Below are positions 38,619-46,133 of a stretch of DNA of 58,227 bases, in pieces. This DNA comes from a virus (lineage: Duplodnaviria > Caudoviricetes): the IMG/VR virus record IMGVR_UViG_3300017716_002607, positions 1 through 58,227 of that record. One strand, written 5' to 3'. The notes beneath the pieces were generated by a model. The model saw nothing but the letters and a program-made list of their open reading frames with translations, was not told the origin of the DNA and searched no databases. Positions within the stretch are counted from its first letter, which is position 1; every line of letters starts with the position of its first letter. Position numbers and translations under genes: made by a program.

Positions 38619-39576
38619 TCATAAATGTAGTTGGATCAGTATTACAAGCTACTATTCGTTCTTCCATTTGCATTGTAACTGGTTCTTCAATGTTAAATGC
38701 TTCATCGTACGTGATAGCTCTACGAACAGCTAATCCTAAACCACCTACGTTTTCTTGAACAGTTGGTTGATTTGGTTGTTCATAACTAGAAAGTTGCTTA
38801 TTTTTATAATCTTCTGGGAATAATTCCCAATTAGTTAATTTAGTATGAGTAAACTCATCGCGTATGATGCTCAGGATGTGAGAGGGAAGATTAGTATCCA
38901 TAGAATCTAAACGGATATCTTTAACATCCCAAAACGATGTTTCATACTCATAATCGGTATTAAGATTCTTAAATGCGGCTACTTTATCACCCGTGGAGCG
39001 ATTTATACAATAAATCACAATCCCACGTCTAGAATAACGAATAAAATATTCGGGATCATTCTTCATGGCGGTACACCATTTAGTAGAGGCACCATACTTT
39101 AGAGATGCTTCGAATGATAAAGGTTTTAAAACCAACCATTCATCCGTATCATGTAAGATTTGTGCTTGGGATTGTAATTCTTTACCCATTACTTTTATCT
39201 CTGCTAGATTTACTTGACTCTCCAATTCATCAAAATTCTTATACGTAGATATATCGTTTCGAGTAATTAATTTTCGCTCGTTATATTCGGCAAATTTAAG
39301 TAGATTTTTAATATTTTCTCTACCTGCTGATTCTAAGAAAACGTATACAAAGTGTAATTCATGTATAGATAAAGCATCTATTTTTTCCTGGGGTATTTCC
39401 CAATCTACTAATATCTCAATAACATCATTATGGTAAGTACGCGCGTTTTCTGCGTTTTTAAACAATGAAACTGCTAGTTCGACGTACTTGGGCTTATCAA
39501 GAAGCCAATGCATTATATCGATGGTTGATTTTCCGTAATAAGGATTGTGCTGTTTTAATTCTTCAATTTTATTCAT
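38590..39576 (-). CDS. hypothetical phage protein (YG..TKWC motif)
   Basis: 328 aa ORF. Confidence 0.75.
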   Translation of the reverse strand: MNKIEELKQHNPYYGKSTIDIMHWLLDKPKYVELAVSLFKNAENARTYHNDVIEILVDWEIPQEKIDALSIHELHFVYVFLESAGRENIKNLLKFAEYNERKLITRNDISTYKNFDELESQVNLAEIKVMGKELQSQAQILHDTDEWLVLKPLSFEASLKYGASTKWCTAMKNDPEYFIRYSRRGIVIYCINRSTGDKVAAFKNLNTDYEYETSFWDVKDIRLDSMDTNLPSHILSIIRDEFTHTKLTNWELFPEDYKNKQLSSYEQPNQPTVQENVGGLGLAVRRAITYDEAFNIEEPVTMQMEERIVACNTDPTTFMSDVEQAWRD

Positions 39577-39712
39577 TTTCTTTATCTTTAATTACTAAAT
39601 AAGCGGATTTATCTTCTAAATATTTTACTTCACCCGAATCAATAAGTGTCTGGGTTCCCTTGGGGTTTAGTTTACCTAATAACTCAATGGTTTTTTCCAT
39701 GTATATTATCAT
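39569..39712 (-). CDS. small hypothetical protein (47 aa)
   Basis: Manually translated MIIYMEKTIELLG...; follows promoter near 39731. Confidence 0.5.
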   Translation of the reverse strand: MIIYMEKTIELLGKLNPKGTQTLIDSGEVKYLEDKSAYLVIKDKENE

Positions 39713-39877
39713 AACTTTTTAATTTAAGTCTAAATATACGAATGTTTTTTCTTGTTTCCAAATTCTTGTATATACGTTTTGAAAGGGATAAAAGATCGTT
39801 AAAGGAAGAGATTTCGGGGTCTTGGATTTTGTATCGAATGGGATATAATGGATTTTATGGTATATTTGTATATACAT

Positions 39878-40135
39878 GGGGCGCGGGGCGAATTTTGTTG
39901 TCTTGTTGTGTAGCCGGGGCCTTCTATCGTTTTGTTAGCGCAGCGTCGATGGACCGCAATTACCGTGGGCCCACTTCGCCGTCGCAGCGCGCGCGCAGCG
40001 CTAGCGTATCGATAGTTTGAAAGAGGATGTTCTTTTTTTGTCACACGCCAGTCCAGACGTGGATCCAGACATTTGGATGTTCTTTTTGTCACACGCGCGC
40101 TAAGGATAACGAAGGCGACCTTTTGGCCGCCTTAT
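39878..40135. other. GC-rich noncoding island with palindromes and direct repeats
   Basis: GGGG runs, CGCGCGCG, GGATGTTC-Tn-GTCACACGC twice. Confidence 0.7.
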
Positions 40136-40164
40136 GTTGTTTTCTTAATATTTACCGTATATGT

Positions 40165-40302
40165 TTAATTTAACGTTGGATCAATTGATATTATACGTTT
40201 TACTAAGTTACTCAATGAGAATTCAATTAATGTAATAGGTCCTACTGTATATTCAAACCAACTGAATCCATCTTGCTCTATATGTTGTGTTATTGTACTC
40301 AT
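40165..40302 (-). CDS. small hypothetical protein (45 aa)
   Basis: Manually translated MSTITQHIEQDGFSWFEY... Confidence 0.5.
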   Translation of the reverse strand: MSTITQHIEQDGFSWFEYTVGPITLIEFSLSNLVKRIISIDPTLN

Positions 40303-40473
40303 TTATTTGGTAGTTATTTTATAATAATAAAGTGAACTTACCCCACATACCATCATTAAAACCCAATACATAGCAAATTGTTCTAATGTTTCAGAATAAT
40401 AAAACATACCTATTACACTTAATAACATTAAGGTAACTAATAGTATTTTAATTAAAATTTCTAATGTTTTCAT
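40303..40473 (-). CDS. small two-helix membrane protein (56 aa)
   Basis: Manually translated MKTLEILIKILLVTLMLLSVIGMF...; promoter at 40505. Confidence 0.6.
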   Translation of the reverse strand: MKTLEILIKILLVTLMLLSVIGMFYYSETLEQFAMYWVLMMVCGVSSLYYYKITTK

Positions 40474-40504
40474 TTTTAATTGTTTTTAATTGTTAAACTA
40501 TGCT

Positions 40505-40537
40505 ATAAAATTACAAACTTAACTTAACATAACCAAA
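40505..40537 (-). promoter_or_regulatory. early Bacteroidota-type promoter; copies near 39730, 41039, 41573, 41898, 42596, 43042, 43445, 44068, 44334, 44949, 45384, 45942, 46027, 46531, 48377, 49800, 50595, 51735, 54187, 56833
   Basis: Fixed-length ~33 nt TT(T/G)G...TAnnTTTA element upstream of ATGs; resembles the Bacteroidota -33/-7 consensus (TTTG/TAnnTTTG). Confidence 0.8.
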
Positions 40538-40591
40538 CTAAATATAAATTATTTTCAAACTATTTCATTATTTATATTATTTCTAAATTAT

Positions 40592-40996
40592 TTAATCTTC
40601 ATAATCCCAATCATCATCATTATAATCTTCTCCATACATCATTTTATTAATATCTCTTAATTCAAACATACTAAACTCATCTTTTTCAAACCCATCTTTA
40701 TCAAACATATCTCTAAAATAATCTTCAATACTATATTCCCAACAAATCATATTCAATTCTAATTCTATAACTACTTCACTTTCATTCCAATCACACATCT
40801 TTTTATATAAAATACCACTACTACAATTTAAATCTTCTAATACAATTTCTCTATCTTCACCTTTAAATTCCCAAAATTCATTACTAAACTCTACAAATCT
40901 AATTCTTTTATCTTCATTTAATTCATTTATATCATAATCTTCTAAATCTACTTTTAACATTACTTTAAACCAATCACTTAATAATACTTTTTTCAT
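40592..40996 (-). CDS. highly acidic protein encoded by a C-free coding strand (candidate DNA mimic)
   Basis: 134 aa, about 40 D/E versus 16 K/R; no A, P, T, H or Q; own promoter. Confidence 0.8.
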   Translation of the reverse strand: MKKVLLSDWFKVMLKVDLEDYDINELNEDKRIRFVEFSNEFWEFKGEDREIVLEDLNCSSGILYKKMCDWNESEVVIELELNMICWEYSIEDYFRDMFDKDGFEKDEFSMFELRDINKMMYGEDYNDDDWDYED

Positions 40997-41196
40997 AACA
41001 TTTAATTTTTTAATTAATAATTTATTTATTTTAACACTATAAAATTACAAAATATAAACAACATATCATAACATATTTACAATTATTTTATATAATATAT
41101 TAATTTATAATCATTCTAAATAACAATAAAGCCCCATATTAATTAAAATATGAGGCCTTAAAGCGTTAAAATAAAAGTGTTAATTAAAATATGTAA

Positions 41197-41379
41197 TTAT
41201 GAATTTGCTAGCTTAGTTATTCTGTCTAGCTCAGAATTAAATTCATCTTCAGCATCATATACCTTATATAATGTTCTGTTCCCTCTAATAAACTCCATAT
41301 GTGACCTTTCCCGGGGATCCATCACTACATCTACTGGTTTATTGTTTTCGTTTTTGTATCTGAATAGTAACTTATTCAT
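41197..41379 (-). CDS. hypothetical protein
   Basis: 60 aa ORF. Confidence 0.6.
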   Translation of the reverse strand: MNKLLFRYKNENNKPVDVVMDPRERSHMEFIRGNRTLYKVYDAEDEFNSELDRITKLANS

Positions 41380-41380
41380 T

Positions 41381-41548
41381 TTATTTAAGGGCGTTTAATT
41401 TGTCTATTGTATGTAAGGCATCTTCTTGATCGTTAACAGGTATCATTCGGTTTTCCCCTAACACGTACCATCCATCATAACGCTCTTCTGCTCTTAATTC
41501 GCCTGATAAATCAAATGTTTCTCCGTCTGTAAATTTTAATATACTCAT
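41381..41548 (-). CDS. small hypothetical protein (55 aa)
   Basis: Manually translated MSILKFTDGETFDLSGELR...; promoter at 41573. Confidence 0.65.
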   Translation of the reverse strand: MSILKFTDGETFDLSGELRAEERYDGWYVLGENRMIPVNDQEDALHTIDKLNALK

Positions 41549-41613
41549 TGTTTTGTGTTTTTAAATTATACTATAAAATTACGACCTATATTTCCAGTAA
41601 CCACATATAATGT

Positions 41614-41640
41614 AAAAAAAGACTCAATTAAGAGTCTTTT
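41614..41640 (-). terminator. repeated terminator AAAGACTC-AATTAA-GAGTCTTT (also 42637-42663, 43147-43171)
   Basis: Three identical hairpins with A-run on + strand between cassettes. Confidence 0.8.
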
Positions 41641-41643
41641 AAT

Positions 41644-41856
41644 TTATGAAGCCATATTCTCGACCCACACTTGATTATAATCTTCTACGTAATAAACACA
41701 AATATCTTTATAATCGTATCTTTGTCTAAAACTATCTTTTAAATAGTCGACAATATCGTTATCGATTTCGTTTGTGTTGTACTCTTTAACTTCACTGTTT
41801 TCTAATAAATTAAACTCGTTTAAGTTTTCGTTGATAAAATTTTCGATTTTTAACAT
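41644..41856 (-). CDS. small acidic protein
   Basis: 70 aa; own promoter and terminator. Confidence 0.7.
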   Translation of the reverse strand: MLKIENFINENLNEFNLLENSEVKEYNTNEIDNDIVDYLKDSFRQRYDYKDICVYYVEDYNQVWVENMAS

Positions 41857-41946
41857 AATGTTTTTGTTTTAATTGTTTTTATTATTTTAACTCTTGTATA
41901 AAGATACAAATAAAAGATAACGTAACAAAATAAAAACGTAATTACT

Positions 41947-42186
41947 TTAAATAAAATTAAATACTTCATTTAAACCTTCTTTATCATTTAATAAACCTTC
42001 TTTAGATGTTATTTCAAATAAACAATTACATTCTTCAATATCAACTAAAATACAATCATCTTCACTTAATATCTCATTTATCAATTCTACTTCATTTTCA
42101 GTTAATTGTTTATTGTAAATTTTCTTTACATTACCAATACTTGAATCATAAACAAAACCATAAACATTTTCTTTAAATACTAACAT
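41947..42186 (-). CDS. small acidic protein (no Ala/Pro)
   Basis: 79 aa ORF with A-rich leader. Confidence 0.7.
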   Translation of the reverse strand: MLVFKENVYGFVYDSSIGNVKKIYNKQLTENEVELINEILSEDDCILVDIEECNCLFEITSKEGLLNDKEGLNEVFNFI

Positions 42187-42227
42187 AACTTTTATTTTTA
42201 ATTATACTTAAATATACAAACTTTTAT

Positions 42228-42554
42228 TTAAAAAACAAATTCATTCTCTTTCTCAATTATTTCTAATTTAACTATTCTATAATTAATATGTTTTAATTGA
42301 ATTGAAAAATAACCACCACCATATTCTGAACCTTTAATATATTGTGTACAATTATAATTTCCAATATAGTTATTTTCTTTCAATTTTAGAAATGATTTCT
42401 CTTGTTTAAATATTTTTGTTTTACCACCTACAATTTCTCCTAACTTAAATTCAAAATCCCATAACTCACTAATATTATCTTTATAATAATTGTTTAATTC
42501 CTGAACACCAAATTCATTTAAACCTAAATTAATAACCTTAAATTGTACTTTCAT
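42228..42554 (-). CDS. hypothetical protein (no Ala/Pro)
   Basis: 108 aa; promoter at 42596. Confidence 0.7.
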   Translation of the reverse strand: MKVQFKVINLGLNEFGVQELNNYYKDNISELWDFEFKLGEIVGGKTKIFKQEKSFLKLKENNYIGNYNCTQYIKGSEYGGGYFSIQLKHINYRIVKLEIIEKENEFVF

Positions 42555-42690
42555 AACTTTTATCTTTTTAATTATTTATTTATTTTAACTCTTGTATAAA
42601 GATATAAACAAAATATAACATAACCAAATATAATATAAAAAAAGACTCAATTAAGAGTCTTTTAATTATTAATGTAATTGTTTTTAAATA

Positions 42691-42999
42691 TTAATTAACA
42701 AATAAATCAGTATCAGTTAAATTATACTTTAATTTAATTTCGTTATAAACATTATCACAATCGTTATTATTATTTACAGTATAATAATCGTTATTATTTA
42801 TAATAACCATACAGCTTAAATTGTTATAAACTATATTACTTAATATACTTAATAAACAACTACCATCACAATCGTTTAACTGTTGTTCACAACAATAAAC
42901 ATTATTAACTACATCGTCTATTTCACAATTAAATCCGTTAATGTTAAATTTATTAACTTCTGTTAAATTGTCTGTAAAACTCATTAATTTAATTACCAT
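42691..42999 (-). CDS. Asn/Cys-rich acidic protein (no Ala/Pro/Arg)
   Basis: 102 aa; own promoter and terminator. Confidence 0.65.
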   Translation of the reverse strand: MVIKLMSFTDNLTEVNKFNINGFNCEIDDVVNNVYCCEQQLNDCDGSCLLSILSNIVYNNLSCMVIINNNDYYTVNNNNDCDNVYNEIKLKYNLTDTDLFVN

Positions 43000-43175
43000 A
43001 ATTTTTTGTTTTTAATTATTAATATTTTTATTTTTAACGATATAAAGATATAAACATTATATAACGTAACAAAACATAATTATAATTATTTTATATAGTT
43101 TTATCATTTATAATTAATCCAAATAAACTTAGTCTTGGGTTAGAATAAAAAAGACTCAATTAAGAGTCTTTAAAT

Positions 43176-43406
43176 TTAATCAATATCTTGAATATTATTT
43201 TCTTCTTTACATTCAATCAAAACAACTTTTTCAAATATTTCTTCATCATTATCATCAAAACCAATAAACATTTCATGATCATCAGTTATCTCATCTTCAC
43301 CAAATTCCATTTTATACACCCAATCTGTGTGATCAACATACTCTAAAACTACAATCTGATCAGGATTACACTTACTTAACCTGTCAATTAATTCTTTTAC
43401 TGTCAT
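43176..43406 (-). CDS. small acidic protein (MTVKELI..L N-terminus; no Ala)
   Basis: 76 aa; own promoter and terminator. Confidence 0.75.
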   Translation of the reverse strand: MTVKELIDRLSKCNPDQIVVLEYVDHTDWVYKMEFGEDEITDDHEMFIGFDDNDEEIFEKVVLIECKEENNIQDID

Positions 43407-43483
43407 AACTTTTGTTTTTAATTATTAATTATTTTAACTTTGATATAAAATTACGAAACATAATTATAACAACCAAATTTATT

Positions 43484-43702
43484 TTAATCGTTTTTATCGT
43501 TATTTGGTTTAGTGGCCGCATTATAATTCCTCCATTCCAGCCAGAATCCAATAGCCACTATAATGTTCATTCCGAATGAGGCTAGTATCTCATGGATGTC
43601 CTCATACACATTAGTTGTCAAGTGGACGTGCCCCACCATCCAAAATGGAATAGACAGATTGCCTGCTACCCATGTAATCAAAAATATAATAAACTTCTTC
43701 AT
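43484..43702 (-). CDS. small membrane protein
   Basis: Two hydrophobic segments. Confidence 0.65.
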   Translation of the reverse strand: MKKFIIFLITWVAGNLSIPFWMVGHVHLTTNVYEDIHEILASFGMNIIVAIGFWLEWRNYNAATKPNNDKND

Positions 43703-43713
43703 GATGATAAATA

Positions 43714-43740
43714 GAAAAAACCCATCATTTCTGATGGGTT
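43714..43740 (-). terminator. intrinsic terminator
   Basis: aacccatca-tttc-tgatgggtt with A-run on + strand. Confidence 0.8.
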
Positions 43741-43777
43741 AATTCACTAATTAAAAACAATAAATAATGAGAAATCT

Positions 43778-44038
43778 TTATGCTTGACCTACTACACCAC
43801 CAAATGCTGGTGTTTGTGGTTCGTCTTGAGGTTCTTCTTCTTGGTTTTGACTCATTTCATATTCAATTAGCATCATCATAGCCATTTTTAAAACCCTGTT
43901 TACTTCTTCTGAATGTGTAGCTGCATTAGCTATTGTTTCTGCTAAATTTATAGCACCACCTTCAATTTTGATACTTACTTCTTCACCTAGTACTTCAATA
44001 CTAAAAAGACAATTGTTGTTTTTTGTTTCTTCTGACAT
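43778..44038 (-). CDS. small acidic protein
   Basis: 86 aa; own promoter. Confidence 0.7.
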   Translation of the reverse strand: MSEETKNNNCLFSIEVLGEEVSIKIEGGAINLAETIANAATHSEEVNRVLKMAMMMLIEYEMSQNQEEEPQDEPQTPAFGGVVGQA

Positions 44039-44108
44039 AATAAAAATATTTAATTGTTAAACTTTGATATAAAAGTATGAATAATATTTTAGGTAACCAA
44101 ATAAAGAT

Positions 44109-44130
44109 AAAAAAAGCGCCGAAACGCTTT
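44109..44130 (-). terminator. terminator AAAGCG-CCGAA(A/G)-CGCTTT (second copy about 44989-45011)
   Basis: Near-identical hairpins with A-runs. Confidence 0.7.
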
Positions 44131-44132
44131 AA

Positions 44133-44303
44133 TTAACTTAAACAACCATCTACGTAGGCGTAAAATTCATCGTATGATTTAAAACCTTCAATATTAAATC
44201 TCTCAGTAACATTATTTATTACTTTTTGTCTTACATTTTGTTTACAACTATTGTCGTCTAAAATGTTTTTTAATTCTTCTAATAATACATCTAATTCTAA
44301 CAT
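44133..44303 (-). CDS. small hypothetical protein (56 aa)
   Basis: Manually translated MLELDVLLEELKNILDD...; promoter at 44334 and terminator. Confidence 0.65.
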   Translation of the reverse strand: MLELDVLLEELKNILDDNSCKQNVRQKVINNVTERFNIEGFKSYDEFYAYVDGCLS

Positions 44304-44367
44304 AACTTTTATTTTTAATTGTTAAACTTTGATATAAAATTATGAAACATAACTATAACAACCAAAT

Positions 44368-44928
44368 CTATCTACAAAAAAGACGATTGTAGTTGTACTT
44401 AGCTACTGGATTAATGTCTGCTATTATGCTGTATGTGCCACTAGTCTGTTCAAACAAAAGACTGGTGTCTCTGGTGTCCTGAAGCTTTTCCCTAAGTATG
44501 TTAACAAAACCGTGGTTCGATTCGTCCACTATATATTGGGGTGTACCAGGCAATCCACAATAAGCAGCCTCACCCGTCTCAGAGATAAACATGCCGGTAT
44601 AAAAACCCTTCAGCATGTGTCTATTAACAAACTGATCTGCGTTGCACCAAATAAAAATACTATTGTCTTTCTGGCTTAGTGCCTCCACCATACCAGTTCC
44701 AATCACATAACTAGCAAAAGGGCTATTAGTAGGGAACTGACCTACGGCAAATAATCCACTTGGGCTCCCATGCCCCATCATCATCACTTGATCGTGTGTC
44801 TGGATTGCCTCCTGGATCTGGTTCTGGGGCCAGCTGTCAGTTACTAGAGTGACATTATCTAGGCCGGCATAAATTGGACTCAAAAAATTAGTTGAGGCAT
44901 CATGGGGGTGTATTACTAGTGTTTTCAT
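44368..44928 (-). CDS. putative caspase/CHAT-fold cysteine peptidase
   Basis: Hydrophobic-MGHGS and FIWCNA motifs matching a His-Gly/Cys dyad. Confidence 0.55.
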   Translation of the reverse strand: MKTLVIHPHDASTNFLSPIYAGLDNVTLVTDSWPQNQIQEAIQTHDQVMMMGHGSPSGLFAVGQFPTNSPFASYVIGTGMVEALSQKDNSIFIWCNADQFVNRHMLKGFYTGMFISETGEAAYCGLPGTPQYIVDESNHGFVNILREKLQDTRDTSLLFEQTSGTYSIIADINPVAKYNYNRLFCR

Positions 44929-45015
44929 TTTTTTAATTTAAATTTGGTATAAAGGTATGAAAAATTTCTTGGGTATCCTAGTAAAGACAAAAAAAAGCGC
45001 CGAAGCGCTTTAATT

Positions 45016-45342
45016 TTATTCTTCTGGGTCTGGTTCTCCTAAAGGCATCAAATATTCTTCTAGTGTGTCACGAATAAAATCTATATCAAAATCTATACTT
45101 TCTATATAAATCTCATTACCACTTAACTCAAATTCAACTGATCTTCTATCTATAGCATCATCACTTTTATGACTAATCTCACTTAATGCTTTGTCTAATG
45201 CATCACTAATGTCTGACACTGTAATGGATTTACCTGTTAAATCATACATTTCAACCATTTCAATTAAACGAACAACGTCGTCTTTGCTAAAAATAGAACT
45301 CTCAGAATTCAATACACGGTCTAATACTTCTTGTTTTTTCAT
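45016..45342 (-). CDS. acidic hypothetical protein
   Basis: 108 aa; own promoter and terminator. Confidence 0.75.
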   Translation of the reverse strand: MKKQEVLDRVLNSESSIFSKDDVVRLIEMVEMYDLTGKSITVSDISDALDKALSEISHKSDDAIDRRSVEFELSGNEIYIESIDFDIDFIRDTLEEYLMPLGEPDPEE

Positions 45343-45389
45343 AACCTTAATTTTTTAATTGTTTTTATTATTTTAACTCTGCTATAAAA

Positions 45390-45545
45390 TTACGACACAA
45401 AAATCTGGTAACCAAAGATAAATGAAGAGTCTTTACGACTCTTGTTTTTATGTTTATCCTTACGGGTGTATGTCTTTTTTGTCTTGTGGATCAGGAGCCT
45501 AGATGCTGCCCAGCGCTCTTGAAGTGTGATTTGGATCGTCTTCAT
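45390..45545 (-). CDS. ArfA-like basic peptide (51 aa)
   Basis: Manually translated ...KTKKTYTRKDKHKNKSRKDSSFIFGYQIFVS*; internal hairpin. Confidence 0.5.
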   Translation of the reverse strand: MKTIQITLQERWAASRLLIHKTKKTYTRKDKHKNKSRKDSSFIFGYQIFVS

Positions 45546-45664
45546 AATCATAATGTTTAATGTCTTCCGACATACATACTAAAAAAATAGTGTTCCCTAT
45601 TTCTGGATCTATGGGGATCCCCTGAACCCAGAGGAATTGCTCCCACTGGGCCAGATGGTCCAAC

Positions 45665-45916
45665 TCATTCATTTAGATCTTTTCTAGTACCAACACCTAA
45701 ACCCTCATACTGTAAAAGTGAATTACAGATGTATCTTTGGATCTGGGCAATCGATTTAAGATTCTCTATGTTGTTTAGGATTGTTTTTTTATCATCGTCG
45801 TTAATATTCTTTTCATTAACGAATTCGGTGATAAACGTTTTAGCTTTAGTTGCATCGGTCATTTTAAATACTTGCTCTGCAATTTGCTCGAAAATGGATT
45901 TAATTTGTACTCTCAT
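45665..45916 (-). CDS. hypothetical protein
   Basis: 83 aa; promoter at 45942. Confidence 0.7.
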   Translation of the reverse strand: MRVQIKSIFEQIAEQVFKMTDATKAKTFITEFVNEKNINDDDKKTILNNIENLKSIAQIQRYICNSLLQYEGLGVGTRKDLNE

Positions 45917-46101
45917 AACTTTATTATTTTAATTTAACATCGTAAAGATACAAACAAAAAAACCAATACCCAAACAAAAAACAAAAAATGTTGTAACGTT
46001 TTGAAGAAAAAAAAAACGGACCCCCCATAAAGGTACGAACAAAAAAACTAATAACCTACTTGGATATTAGAAATAGTTATCCCTAAAACGTACGACGGAA
46101 G

Positions 46102-46133
46102 AAAAAAAAGACCCAACATTACTGTCGGGTCTC
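46102..46133 (-). terminator. probable terminator
   Basis: agaccc...gggtct stem with A-run on + strand. Confidence 0.6.

Noticed and set aside
39742-40092. ORFs on both strands across the GC island
   Set aside because: Atypical composition, no A-rich leader; openness explained by high GC
40503-41130. G-free stretch as mere AT-richness or C-to-T damage
   Set aside because: About 117 C versus 0 G is not AT bias; the ORF is intact with canonical promoter spacing, and neighbours show other discrete rules. Not fully excluded without reads
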